Source: Podarcis filfolensis
Lineage: Eukaryota
Reading direction: 5' to 3' (one strand)
Assembly (NCBI GenBank): GCA_964270895.1
Contig: OZ185445.1
DNA length: 64,000 bases
Position 1 is the first letter of the stretch; every line of letters starts with the position of its first letter. The position numbers were made by a program, and so were the translations under genes. Below, piece by piece: positions 15,601 through 27,600 of the stretch. The notes below the pieces were generated by a model. That model did not search any database and had not been told where the DNA came from. It was given only the letters and a program-made list of their open reading frames with translations.

Positions 15601-18600
15601 ACAACATGGGTGTTATGTGTCCTGAGTTCCCTGGTAGGTGGGGAGATGGCCTGTTCTGGACAGTGTTAAAAGGGACCTCTTGGGGGTACTACTGAATCCA
15701 GCATTATCACTGGAGGCTCAAGCAGCTATATGCCCCCTTTTCAACAGAAATGACTTGGTCACTCTGCTCCATGCTCTGGTAACTTCCAGGTTGGATTATT
15801 GCAACACATTCCACACAGGGTTCCCCTTGGAAACTTTTAACTGGTCCAAAATCATAATTTAGAACTCATATAACCCCTGCTTTAAAACAGCTGTGCTTGT
15901 TACCAGTTTATTTCAGGGACCAGTTCAGAGTGCTCACTTCAGCGTTCAAAGCCCTAAATAACTTAGGACCAAATATCTGAAAGACCACCGACTTTTTTAC
16001 ATACTCTGTCAGGGATTGAGATTGGCACATGGTGCCCTTTAGGTGGGGGGGGGGGGTTTGCCCAGGAGAAGACAGCCCCTAAGCTCTGAATTCCCTCCTC
16101 ACAGAGTGGTGCCTGGCCCTTTTATTCTCTTGTTTTCATTATATGATGCTTAAGACCCACCTCTTTACTCTGACATTGACATCTGGGAAATATATTTCTA
16201 ATACCCACTTTGTTTTGATTGTAAGCTGTTCTAACTGATTTTAATATTGTATTTTCACACTGTTTTAACCTGCCCTGGGATGTTATGGGGAAGGGTGGGC
16301 TAGAAATCTTACCAATAGTTACGATAGTAATGCATTATTGCCATAGAAAATTCTTAAATTTTTGTTTTCTTGCTCACAAATCTGTTTCTCCCTTTGCTTC
16401 GCAGATGTATGGGTGGATATGTGGCCTGTGGAGATTGAAGTTCTACATTCACAATAAAACTTTGGTTTTTTTTCCAGGAGGCAGGGTCAAAAGTGTCTTA
16501 ATGCCTGATTTCTCGTAACACCTCTTTGCTTGTGTTTAACTTCAGATCGCTGTAGACATTAAAGCAGCAAAACGAGAACTGAAGAAAGCCAGGACTGTTT
16601 TACAAATGGATGAGCTCAAGTGTCGTAAACGTGTTTTGAGAAGGTTGGGTTTTGCAACCTCCTCGGACGTCATAGAGATGAAAGGCCGAGTCGCTTGTGA
16701 AATCAGCAGGTAACGTATGTTACTGTTGTAGAAAAGACAGGCAAACAGATGTTTGTATGCAATTTCCCTCTGTGTAATACAGTGGGACATTCTGACACTA
16801 AGGAGAAATCTCATGTTAAAACATATGGGTGGGCAGTATTGAAGTGATCCTAGGTTATTGAAAGTGAAACACACAGTAAATTTAAAGGACAGAAAAGCAC
16901 AGTGAGGCTGGGATCCAGAGAACGCCATGAACCCAGCAGGGCTTTGGTTTGTGTTCTTCTAAACAGCAGCCCCCACATAGCCACTTAAGCAAACTACTTT
17001 GGAAATTGCAGGTCCTTTCAGAAGCAGTTTATTTGAAATACTTTTACCCCACCATTTATCAGGGTGGCACCGGGTATCTCCTGCTCAGAGGAAGTAAAGT
17101 CAAAAATTGTACTGGGTGGGCCCAGTTTGTGAGCATACCTCAAACCACTGTCTGGATCCCACTTTGAAATATGATGTCAAAGATACATGGTATCTACTCT
17201 TTAGATCCCTATATTAGTTTATAAAACAAATATTATGGTGTTTGTGTAAATCATCTAGGAGTGGCACTCACTCTCTGATAGCAACACCTTAACATATTTT
17301 GAATATTCAACACTATTAATTGGTAACAAAAAAGCTGCAAACCCAGAACAAGAATGTGAAATCTGGAACTTTATGCGACTTCTTTGTGTTCATTGTTTAG
17401 ACTCTGCAGAGTGTTCCATTACAGGAGGTGGACTCTTCTTAAGATGAGCTTGGGTGTCCGTCTGTCATGGATGCTTTCACTGAGATTCCTACATTGCAGG
17501 GGGTGGGACTAGATGACCCTCTGGGTCCCCTCCAACTCTATCATCCTATGATTGTCTATTAACTTGCTAATGTTACATCTGAAAATCAGAGGTGTCTTGG
17601 TTTAGCTTGGCAGAATTAACCCAAAATATGTTGTGACTTTGTAATAGTAACCATTAGAGTATAGAAAATTATTTAGAAGCTTGATATATGGTCCTTTTTA
17701 AAATTTTGTTCTTTCTCTCCAAATAAACATGCTTATCCAAGTTTGTTTATTCCCTTCAGTCTCATAAAATACACTGGGCAGGATTCAGCTGGTGAGTTGT
17801 TAGTGGAGGCCCTGCACCAGGGCTTCTGCTCATGCACTGGCCACCTCCTGTTCCCCCAAACACCCCCAGACATTGGCTGCGGGGCTGGGTGAATCTCCAG
17901 AAGAGTGCATGGGAGGAGGCTAGCGGGGATAGATCCATCTGGCAAGCCAAAACCCTTACCCCCATAGTTTTGGCACCAAAGTGCAGTGTAGATTCTGTTC
18001 TGGCTTAATCTCCTCCAGCAAGTCCAGTTTCAGCTTCTGAACACTACATGACATGCTAATCCATCTTGGCCTTTGTTTCCAAATTTTGTTTCTCAGGACC
18101 CCTGTAGTTTTCTGGTATGCCATCTGTAAAAGTTATGACGACATCCAGATACTTCACTTGCTTGCTTGCTCCCCCTCTTTTTCTCCGTGGTAGTGGAAGG
18201 GCACTTTCTGGCTTAAATGTCTTTATTATTAATTATTCTGCCTTTTGAACAGAAGCTACTGATCAGTTTTCCAGAGAATTGCTTTCAAATGTATAAAAGG
18301 ACGAAGAAATATCTAACCCTGTCGATTGCATCTCCTCTTCCAGTGCTGATGAGCTGTTGCTGACGGAAATGATGTTCAATGGACTTTTCAATGACTTATC
18401 TGCAGAACAAGCAACTGCTTTACTAAGCTGCTTTGTATTTCAAGAAAATGTAAGTTAAGTTTGCATAACCAGAAAAACCTAAATTTGATCAGCCGTAATT
18501 TATATCCAAATGAATGTTTTGTTCTACCTTGCTTTCTAGTCAGAAAAGGGGGCTAAAAAGCATTTGTAAAACTAATATACAATCCTAGATTCAAGGTTCA

Positions 18601-21600
18601 TTAAGCTAAAAAAATGGGCATGGTACATGCAGGATCAGACACTACCGTGCAGGGAGGGCAGGAGAGTCCTGGACTTTCACTGGGTTGAGATTTTCTCCTG
18701 ATAAGTAACACCAGAGGAAGCTGGAAACAGACAGTCAAGCAGACAGAACCAGAGCAGAGAAAAAAGGAGTTTAAATGGTACCCACAACAATCAAGACCTC
18801 TCCTACTGAGTTCCTTGTCTCAAAATGATTTTTTTAAAACTCAGTTTTTATTTTAATTTTCCTAGCTGTTTTTATTTTAATTTTCCTATATTATAAAGTG
18901 CATTCCAAAAGTGTCATTGGTCAGGATCCAGAAAGTTTCATGCATGAGAAGAAAGCAGTTCTGTACATTCACAAAGAAGTTTCTGGTTTCTGTTCTCCCC
19001 CCGCCCTACAGCTGTGTTGTCCTGCATTGCATCCCATATTGCTGCCAAAGGAGCCCCTGCCCCTCTGAAGAACATAAGCGGAAGTGGATGTGCACATGAA
19101 ACACCCAAAGTTTATTGCATATATTCAGTAGAGAGGAAAAAGACATTTCTCTGAAAGGCGGAAATGAAAATGCCAAACAAATAAGTATCAGAAACTTAGG
19201 CGGAATCCACTGTTGTGCAGGTGGACTTCCTCTCAGTGTGTGACTTCGCTTTCCTCTCCTCTCACTCCAGCCCCCTATGCACCCCCCAGAATCTGCTCTG
19301 GAGGGGTTCCCTAATCATCTGGAGCAGGTACTGAGGGTATGTGGCAAGCTGCATAAAAGAGGAAGGTGAAGGCTGTTTTACTTTTGCATGGCCAGTGTTC
19401 AGTATTTCTTTCCCCTCATCATTCAGTTGCATTTTTCAATGATAAGTTATTTGTAATCACTGGCTCCTATGTCAAATATCTAAAGAGCATTTTTGAAATT
19501 CTGTGGTTCAGTGGTAATCTCAAAGTTTATTTTTGTTCCAAGTCTATGTGTTGTAATATATTGGCATTGGGATAATATTTCACTGAAAAGAAGTCCAGAG
19601 GCCCATATTCTGGACTGAAGTTTGGCACTACTCTTATTATTGGTCTATTTTCTATAAAAGAAGCTTTCTTAGGAGTGTTAAAGGATTGATGAGCGCAGTC
19701 CACCACGCATTTGATCCCACACGTTCTCTGCTTGTTTCAGACTTTGTGCACCAGCTACATAACTTGTGGTCTTTAGAGAAAAAATTATAAATTAATTTAA
19801 ATAATGCCAAATGAATGGATATTGATGCTTTCTTCATCTTTTTTTCAGTCTAGTGAAATGCCCAAACTAACAGAACAGTTGGCAGGCCCCCTTCGCCAAA
19901 TGCAGGTAAACTTCAGCAGATTTTTCTGGCATAGGAAATGCCGCATTCATTACTAAATGGTTTTACAAGCCATTAAAAGTCAATTACCTTCCCTTTCCTG
20001 CTCTGCAACCTAAACCATACTATATATTTGAGATATTGCACCGGCACAGCTCTTGATATGCCTACACATCGTGCTAGCTTGGTACATTTAAAAATTAAAT
20101 TTTATGGGGTGTTTGGGATGATATAATCCAAAATCTTTCTTGATATCTTTTAAAGTTTGTCTTTAAATTTTAATACCATTAAGATAGCTTGAGGATGAGG
20201 TGAGGTGTTTTGGAATATTTTATCCAGTGAGGGTTTTTGTGTACTAGTGACTTATCCAATATGGTTTTTGCATACCAGTGAGCTACATGAGCCTGTTAAA
20301 CTAGCATTTTCTTCTGTGTTTACTTATGAAGGCCCATGAAGACATCTGTCTGGCAGTCTCCACTTCCTCAATGGCTGCATTTAGATTAACAAACCAAGAT
20401 ACTGCTTTGTAAACTGCCTGGACATATTTAATCAGAAATCAATCTATAAATGTTGCAATTATCCCTCATACATCTCACACACAGCTGCTCTGCTCCTCTC
20501 ATCAGGAGCCAGGAAAACTCCAGTCAACTAGTTTCCTATTACATCCAAACTGGAAGGTATGATAAATGAACAAACCAAGGTGGTTTAAATTTGTCTTAAT
20601 GTCCTGACTTGTTTGGATGCCGCTAGTCATAGCTTCCTGGTTTAGATGTAAAGGAAAATGATCACTATCTGATGTGTTCCTGGCTTGCTCACTTGTTTGA
20701 AGGGAGGAGTGAAGCAGGTATGTATGAGGCAACACAATCAGTGTGCCAGTGTGGTGTAGTGGTTAAGAGCGGTAGTCTCGTAATCTGGGGAACCGGGTTC
20801 GCGTCTCCGCTCCTCCACATGCAGCTGCTGGGTGACCTTGGGCTAGTCATACTTCTCTGAAGTCTCTCAGCCCCACTCACCTCACAGAGTGTTTGTTGTG
20901 GGGGAGGAAGGGAAAGGAGAATGTTAGCCGCTTTGAGACTCCTTAAAGGGAGTGAAAGGCGGGATATCAAATCCAAACTCCTCCTCCTCCTCCTCCTTCT
21001 TCTTCTTCTTCTTCTTCTTATTTCCCTTCATGTACCTGCGTGGGCCTTAAGTTACTCGACGGAGACCTTGGTCTAGGTGGCCCTGGGAAATGAGGTGAAG
21101 TGGGTGGCTGCTGGGAAGTGTAGCTTCTTGCCCATGGCACCCTGACTGGGAAGTTGACTCCATGGAGCAGCTCTCCTGGCTCTGTGGTCTTTTTAGCACC
21201 AGACCTTTGTATTTCTCCAGGCTTTTTATACAACTAATGTGTCAACAGAGTCTTAGCTTTCTGTGCAAGTTGTTTTCTTTTTCAAATTGAGCTTCTTGTC
21301 AGTTGTATTTTCCCTTATCAGAAATGATGTTTTTAATCTTGTTTTTGAACATTGCATTTTCTTGTTCTTTTGTAAGCTACCTACGGAACAAGCGGGCCAT
21401 ATAAATCTAGCGCTGCTGCCACTGAAAATAATAATCTCAGCTTGTTAACAGTCAATTGGCTGGCGTGCATATTTCAGGAAGATAACTTTCATTTGGTTTG
21501 TCTCGAATTTTCAAAATCCTCTTTAAAGGAATGTGCAAAAAGAATCGCTAAAGTGTCGGCAGAAGCTAAATTGGAAATCGACGAGGAAAACTACCTGAAT

Positions 21601-24099
21601 TCGTTTAGGCCGAACTTGATGGATGTCGTGCACACATGGGCCAATGGAGCAACGTTTGCTCACATATGCAAAATGACAGATGTCTTTGAAGGTACGTGCA
21701 CTTGTATTACTACTAATGCATCCGAGGTGTGGGATGGTAGGATAGTACAGTTGTTTGCATGACAACAGTCCCCTCCACTGAGGCCTCCTAATCAGCAGCC
21801 TGTGGGAGAATCTTTCTCTTTTGTCTCTCCTCCCCATGGCATGCTTTCTGCTCCTATTCTTTTTTCTCTTTCTCCCCCGTGTGTCGCTTGTGTTCTGTAT
21901 CTCTCAATGTGCACACATGTAGACAGCCTGATCCTTGGTTCCACTGAATTCAGTGAAGTCTACTCAAATGTTAACTATGCATAGGATCAAAACTGTCTTT
22001 TAACCTTGTGTGGTTGGTACAAGAGGGAGAATGAGAAGTTGTTGTTGCACCTTTTCTCAGGTGCTTCGATTGCTTCCCAGCTACTAGCCATTTCTGCTAT
22101 CTTTGCAATGATGGCATGGATTGTGTGCTGTAGCAGTCATCACTTTGGACACAGCAGAAATGTTATTGGGGGTAAAGAATAAGAGAGGCTTGAAGTCACT
22201 TGTGTCATATACACAATTTATTTGGTTGCAGTGAAGCAGGCAATCAATTCTGTGGATGGTTGCATTTGCAAATGCCATATAAAAATCTCCCCCACCCTCC
22301 TTTCCCATGCAGATAGGTAGTAGCAGTAAGACTTGCCCAATAAGTGAACTTTTTGCTGCTAGCTGGAGACGGAGACTTGCTCGATGGGCCAAGTTTGACA
22401 TGCAGCATCAGGCAGGGTGGGATAATTAAGCTTTGTAAGCTGCCCACAGTAGCAATTTTCATTGGTAGGGTAGAAATTATATAAAACACAGACAAGGCAC
22501 TGACCATAGTAGCATAACCCCAAACCACCATCACACCCATTTTTGCAAACGCAGAGTAAATGGCACATTCTTGTTTCCATATGGCAGATAAGCAATCCCT
22601 TTAACAGAAGAAGGAGTAAATACTGAGAGAAAGGCACTTTTTCTCTTTGTCATGACAAAGTCCATCTTAAGTGAAATTTCAGTGGCCATGTACATCATGT
22701 TGTGGTTGAGAGACTGGAAAGTAGAAAGTTCATATAGTTCAGTATGTCTAGCAGAAAGGCAGATGGAGTATATTTAAATGTCCTTTACTCCATACACACA
22801 TCCTCTGTTTTAACCATACAAAAATGCTTCTGTGGATGTAAAAGTGTTCTTGGTTGCATTTTCATAATGAGCCCTGTAAGAGAAGTCAGTCTATACAACC
22901 AAAGTGATGGTTTGCTCAGAATACAGCATGCAGCAAACCCTTGGAGGATATATCCCAGCTTCTTTTGGCTCAGACTTCTGTCTTTTTGGTAATTGACTCC
23001 AGGTGGCTTTTTACTAGAGTTGCTGGATCCGGAATCAAATGATTAAATTTAATCTCTTGCTGAGACTGGCTGATAAAACCTCGATTTCATTTCTTTTTAA
23101 CTTACAAACTGAGAAGAACACACATTCCTAGCCTATAGATTTCCACACCTTATACCTGCTCCACCATGTATCTAAATGCATCCCATAGTCTTTGAAATGA
23201 AGCCATTCATTTCCTTCATGTACACACTACAAAAATATGCAGGAGGTTAGGAAGAAGGAAGCTTGGTACCCTGCTTCTTATGATGGGGTAGCCTGAGAGC
23301 TGCAATGAGAAGTCTGTGCAAGAAGAATAAGTTAAAAACCTTGCCTTAGGTTGACTTCTAGGTGATAACGTTAGTTGGAACCCATCTTTTCTGATAACAC
23401 AAGTTAGGAAAATTAATACTCATGACCTTATGATTATCTGTTTGGGGGAAAACTATAGGACTGAGATGTTTCAGTCCTGCTTGAGTAGACAGCTTTACAA
23501 CTACCTGGTAGAAAAGGATCTGCTATTCCTCATTAGAAAATGTCTGCTTTTACTGCAAGCCCTTTTTTGCTCATGCAGGGAGCATAATACGCTGTATGAG
23601 GCGGCTAGAAGAATTGCTTCGACAGATGTGTCAAGCAGCAAAGGCCATTGGAAACACAGAACTGGAAAACAAATTTGCAGAAGGTCTGTATGTTCAGCTT
23701 CTTATAAATGGCATGCATCTTGAAATGTAGAGTCTTTTCACAGGCAATTTTAAATTTCTTAAACAAGTCAGAGTGTCCCTAATGTATTAATGGGAGGTTC
23801 CATGTATCCTTTATCTGCTGTGATCCAATTCTTTATGGAGCAGATAACTGGAAAGCCCTTGATGTCTCCACAGCCCCCTCAAACTAGTTATACACGCATT
23901 TGAGATGGAAACTGGGGAAATGATACTCAATTTGAAATTGATACTGAGCTTCAACTCAGGCGCATTGTTAATATATCCCCTGTTTCTAGTATCAGCAATA
24001 GGTACAGCTACTCTTATGACATCATATTATTTTCTTCCCTTAACAGGCATTACCAAAATCAAGAGAGATATTGTATTTGCTGCAAGTCTTTACCTATAA
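573..24099 (+). CDS. MTREX: Exosome RNA helicase MTR4, 3' part of gene (14 coding exons, 565 aa to stop; corresponds to about human exons 14-27). 5' exons lie before the window.
   Basis: Exons 573-674, 1179-1304, 7245-7395, 8330-8502, 9698-9766, 12032-12160, 13952-14062, 14402-14590, 16546-16709, 18344-18449, 19849-19905, 21529-21691, 23579-23683 and 24047-24099 are all AG/GT bounded. They join in frame (1698 nt) to give [18 protein letters not shown]...[10 protein letters not shown]...[12 protein letters not shown], matching recalled human MTR4. Confidence 0.98.
1179..1304 (+). CDS. MTREX: MTREX exon (motif VI: [42 protein letters not shown])
   Basis: tttcAG acceptor, GTATCT donor; 126 nt. 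Confidence 0.97.
1471..1636. mobile_element. Tc1/mariner-superfamily (pogo/Tigger-like) MITE
   Basis: Imperfect 23-bp TIRs (CCGTATTTTTCCATGTATAAGAC / CCGTATTTTTCAGTCTATAAGAT), TA on both flanks, internal direct repeat GGGGGCATCTTATACATGGGGG. Confidence 0.85.
4030..4210 (+). mobile_element. Degenerate 3' end of a squamate CR1-associated LINE/SINE family
   Basis: catctggttggccattgtgag...ggcctgatccagcaggctcttc tail motif; related reverse-strand remnants near 46100-46330 and 48985-49070. Confidence 0.5.
5490..5695 (+). mobile_element. Old MIR/CORE-like tRNA-derived SINE remnant
   Basis: gctaggtgactttgagccag core-like block, 3' gtcttgagtgccttgagg and an aataaataaa tail. Confidence 0.4.
7245..7395 (+). 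CDS. MTREX: MTREX exon ([50 protein letters not shown])
   Basis: ttttAG acceptor, GTAAGT donor; 151 nt. Confidence 0.97.
8330..8502 (+). CDS. MTREX: MTREX exon (arch stalk: [57 protein letters not shown])
   Basis: ttgcAG acceptor, GTAAGT donor; 173 nt. Confidence 0.97.
9698..9766 (+). CDS. MTREX: MTREX exon (KOW region: [23 protein letters not shown])
   Basis: ttttAG acceptor, GTAAAA donor; 69 nt. Confidence 0.96.
12032..12160 (+). CDS. MTREX: MTREX exon ([43 protein letters not shown])
   Basis: ctgtAG acceptor, GTGAGA donor; 129 nt. Confidence 0.96.
13952..14062 (+). CDS. MTREX: MTREX exon ([37 protein letters not shown])
   Basis: taatAG acceptor, GTACTA donor; 111 nt. Confidence 0.96.
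14402..14590 (+). CDS. MTREX: MTREX exon ([63 protein letters not shown])
   Basis: tttaAG acceptor, GTAAGG donor; 189 nt. Confidence 0.97.
14635..14790 (+). mobile_element. Degenerate tRNA-derived lizard SINE
   Basis: B-box-like gatcccagattcaatccccagcatctccag; same family as the copy at 53821. Confidence 0.45.
15480..16310 (+). mobile_element. L2 LINE 3' remnant
   Basis: Residual ORF2 peptide [14 protein letters not shown] (TSRLDYCN at 15782-15805), an upstream ANK-KLNP-like block, and an L2-type 3' end near 16260-16310. Confidence 0.75.
16546..16709 (+). CDS. MTREX: MTREX exon ([54 protein letters not shown])
   Basis: cttcAG acceptor, GTAACG donor; 164 nt. Confidence 0.97.
17410..17553 (+). 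mobile_element. CR1 LINE 3' end
   Basis: gcagggggtgggactagatgaccctctgggtcccctccaactctatcatcctatgatt terminal motif. Confidence 0.75.
18344..18449 (+). CDS. MTREX: MTREX exon ([35 protein letters not shown])
   Basis: ttccAG acceptor with an upstream CTAAC branch-like motif, GTAAGT donor; 106 nt. Confidence 0.97.
19849..19905 (+). CDS. MTREX: MTREX exon ([19 protein letters not shown])
   Basis: tttcAG acceptor, GTAAAC donor; 57 nt. Confidence 0.96.
20745..21019 (+). mobile_element. Relatively intact tRNA-derived SINE (CORE-like body, L2-type tail) ending in (CCT)n(CTT)n
   Basis: A-box-like TGGTGTAGTGG, B-box-like GGGTTCGCGTCTCC, ctgggtgaccttgggctagtca core, retained CpGs, simple-repeat tail. 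An older copy lies at about 50376-50510. Confidence 0.8.
21529..21691 (+). CDS. MTREX: MTREX exon ([54 protein letters not shown])
   Basis: ttaaAG acceptor, GTACGT donor; 163 nt. Confidence 0.96.
23579..23683 (+). CDS. MTREX: MTREX exon ([35 protein letters not shown])
   Basis: atgcAG acceptor, weak GTCTGT donor; 105 nt. Confidence 0.96.
24047..24099 (+). CDS. MTREX: MTREX last coding exon ([17 protein letters not shown])
   Basis: taacAG acceptor; canonical MTR4 C-terminus; TAA at 24097-24099. Confidence 0.97.
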
Positions 24100-24295
24100 G
24101 TATTGTCCTGGCACGGAGTTTGAACATCACCAATTATTCTTCAGAGGCAGAAGTGTAAAGTTAGCGACAGAATCTGCCAATCCTTCCCAAGCAGGAGAGA
24201 TGCTTAACATTCTTGTATGTATTTCACCATAAGCCTCATGCTAGCAAGCATATTACATACCATTGCTGTTTGTACATAAGTGTTACCACATTATT

Positions 24296-24305
24296 TTTAA
24301 TTAAA
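24296..24305. terminator. Palindromic TTTAATTAAA giving ATTAAA polyadenylation hexamers on both strands (candidate PAS for MTREX and PLPP1)
   Basis: + strand ATTAAA at 24300-24305; - strand ATTAAA at 24301-24296; lies between the two stop codons. Confidence 0.4.
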
Positions 24306-24446
24306 AAAAACAGCCAGAATACTGTGTGTTTAAAGCAAAAGCTTGAACCAATAGAGATTTAAAGTTTAGATACCTAAGTGTTACTATATACATGTAAAGT
24401 GAGCATCCAAGAAGTATAATAGCAGCAGCAGTCCCTTCAAGAGGCA

Positions 24447-24457
24447 TTTAATTTATT
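24447..24457 (-). terminator. Candidate proximal PLPP1 polyadenylation signal AATAAA overlapping ATTAAA
   Basis: Plus-strand TTTATT at 24452-24457 and TTTAAT at 24447-24452, about 80 nt after the PLPP1 stop. Confidence 0.35.
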
Positions 24458-24536
24458 TCTTTACATAGGTCAGAAATGCTTGATGTTTTCTTTTTATAGA
24501 AGGGGAGATTCCACAGGGTAATAGCTGTTGACTTTA

Positions 24537-24668
24537 TCATGGCTGGTGATTACTGCCATAGTGATTTCCACTGGTAGGTGTCTCGTGTAAGGTTGTGTGT
24601 GAATCTTCTTCCTCCTTCTGTTTAAATGTACGACCTCTGTCTTTGAAGAAATCAGATACATACACAAC
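24537..24668 (-). CDS. PLPP1: PLPP1 last coding exon ([43 protein letters not shown])
   Basis: Minus strand: atccAG acceptor; TGA stop at 24539-24537. Confidence 0.96.
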   Translation of the reverse strand, partial: VVYVSDFFKDRGRTFKQKEEEDSHTTLHETPTSGNHYGSNHQP

Positions 24669-27600
24669 CTGGATAAACAAATTGAACACATTAGGCAGTG
24701 AGACAGCTGTCAGAGAGAGACAGTACACCAAAATGATTCTTTAAATATGCCTAATAGGTCTGGGCAGTATACCAATAAATTGTCTGAAATCAGACTGCCA
24801 TACCGGTTTCAGACATTTTGAGCTGGCAATACATTGTGGTGGTTGGGGATCTGAGGGCCACAGCACAATGGTAGCTTCACCTGGTGGTATATTGCAGGTG
24901 AAGCAGCCACTGCTCCAGAGTCCCTCTGCCACCATACAGCAGATAGTTTTTTTAAACTTCTCCACACTCCCACGAGCTGGAGGTGGACGGCTTATTCAGC
25001 TGAGAAGCAGGCTTCCTTAAACCATCCCCACAAGCCAGAGTGGGGGCTCAGCTGTGCACTCCCTCAGCAGAGGAGTTTAAAGAAGCTGTGCATCTGGACC
25101 ACCTTTGCACAGGGGTGTGGGTGGGCTACCTCTTGCCAAGGCAAGTGTTCGCAGGGTGCCTTAGGACAGGTGGAGCCAGGACTCCTTCCTCCAGGCGTTG
25201 GAGGAGGAAGCGGTTTTTCCCACCCGACGCCGACAGGAAGAGGCAGAAACTGCACACCGTGACAATAATCGTCTCCATGGCCAGTAATTGCCTTCTTCCT
25301 CCCTGCCTCCTTTACAACATTGTAATATACCACTGTATCAGGAGGTTTAGTTGGTGGTATATTACAGTGTTGGAAAACAGGTATCGACTAGCTCAAATTG
25401 CCTGCCTTTCAGACAGAGAGGTAGACAGAGCTTGAGAAGGTGATTGCCTGCAACCTTCTCACACTTCATCTGCAGGGCTGCCTCTGGTTCATGTGAGCCG
25501 GAGGGCGAGTGCTTAATCGGCTGAGGGATGGGTGGGAGGCTACCCACCCCACAGCTGATCAAGCCTCCATACACGCAGAGGCACCCAGCACTCTAGGCAA
25601 TGTATCTTGGTTGAGTGTTCATCCCCCAAGGTGGTGAGGAAGCAGCAGCTGAGATATGCTGATATATCATGATGTTGACAATATATCACGGTATTTAACT
25701 GCTGATATATCACAATGTTGAAAACCACATATTGCCCAGTCCTAATGCCTAACTTCTGCAGCGTGTTTATAGGCACTTCAGGCTTCTTTCATCTTTGTTG
25801 TCAGAAAGGGAAGTGGGGCAAGTGCCAATAATCTATGCATGCTAGTCCCAATTGGAAAGGCTTTCACTTTTGTAAATAGTTTTGGGAAGAGAGATGTACC
25901 CTAACCCACCTGTACATCATGGTTTCTAAAGGAGGAGTGGAAAAAGAAACGTTGACACTGGGCGTAGTGAATACACTACCTTTTCCCCATCTCACCACTG
26001 TCCCATGGAAACTACAGGAAGCCAGCACTGAACTCGTCAGGAGTGTGCAGGCATCCTCCCTCCACCCCGTTTCATCATCAAGTCAGCAAAAGTAGTTTTG
26101 ACAGAAAGCTATATTGATCAAATGGTAGAGTAATTTTGCATGGACTTACAATAAGTATAGCTACCAGTGCTCCCTGGATAAGTCCGGTCAACACATCACT
26201 CCAATGATGTTTGTAATCAGAAATACGGGAGAGGCCCACGTAGATGGATGCTGCAATAAGACCGAACTGAGCCGTAGGACGCACAAGTCTTGCCCAATCG
26301 CCTTTCATTCTGGCCTGAAGATAAAGCTAAAAACCAAAGGGACAAAAGTTTAGAAGTACAGAAGTCTAGCTAGTTAACAGGGTGGGCAGAAATAGGGTGG
26401 GTCTTTTTTTAATACAGTAGTTCTAACTTGATATTGTTGATTTGCTAGGGACAACGTTAAGTGCAATACTTTTGTACCATAATGAACATTGTGCTGAGTT
26501 GTGGCCTAATTTTACACATGCCCTTTCTATTGAGCTTGCAAATTGGATCATATTGTGTATTGCATATTATCCACCTTTTGATTCAAGCTGCACAATGTTT
26601 CATAATATGTGAGGCATAGCACTAAAGGAACCACTCATTACTTCAATAGTAGCTGTGAGTAGGGAGATCCTTGCTAAACACAGGCAGGTATTCAAATGCC
26701 TAGATGGGAAATGAATTCAGATTTAAATAATTTGTATACTTTCCCTTCAATAAAAATGTTCAAGGTGGATTACAAATAAAAATACAAAGTAAAATACAGA
26801 ATAAAATGAATGGCCTAAACCCCCAGCATAAACCCATACAGGTGAAATGGAGTTAAAAGGCTTGGAAAAATAAAAAAGTTCTTTGTCTACTGCCAAAGTG
26901 GTAGAATTGGTACAAGCTGATGCTCTCTCCAGAGAAAATTCCACAACCACAGTGCCTCCACTGAGAAGTCCCCTTGCCCCTCAAATCACCACTGCCTCAT
27001 CTCCGATGGCCAAGACTCCTTCAGGAAAGCCTCCAAGAAAGATCTCAGAGACGCTGAGGGCAAGAATCAGCCCTCCTAAGGTGTGGGTAGAAATACACTG
27101 GGAGCCAGTACACTTGTTCAAGAACTTGCATTACCTTACCATTGCCTGCTGTCAGTCAGCAACAGAGCAGCTGAATTTGAACAGAAGTTTCCATAGTCTT
27201 AGAAAGCAACTCCACTTACAATGCATTCATCAAAAATGGAGGTTACTGGAGCGTAGATAACAATGGCCAAGCTGTCTGTCTGAGACAAGTCACGGCTGGC
27301 ACACCAGCCTCCGCTAGTATGACAAAGCCGCTCAAGTTTAACCCCAAACTCAGCCTGCTCAAATCATTTCCCCAGGCAGACAAATGGTCCATCAGCACTG
27401 GGATCAACAGTATATCCCTCTGATCTGAAATGAGTTTTGTTTTTTATCCCTTACAGTCCATTACTAATGCCAGACACCAGTTTATTATTTCCAGAACCAT
27501 CACAGGTTAGCATCTACCAAAGGGCTATAGTCTAGCAAGGAGCCCCCTGCCAAGAGCTCTGTAGACCTGCTCCTTCTGTTCACCTGCCTCTTGCTCTGGC

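Noticed and set aside
24034-24046. TTCCCTTAAC, U12-branch-like motif at the last MTREX acceptor
   Set aside because: It directly abuts the AG, too close to be a branch point, and the intron's donor (GTCTGT) is not U12-type.
26883-27260. 125-aa Pro/Ser/Thr-rich ORF in PLPP1 intron 4
   Set aside because: TTG start, low-complexity composition and no homology that I recognise.
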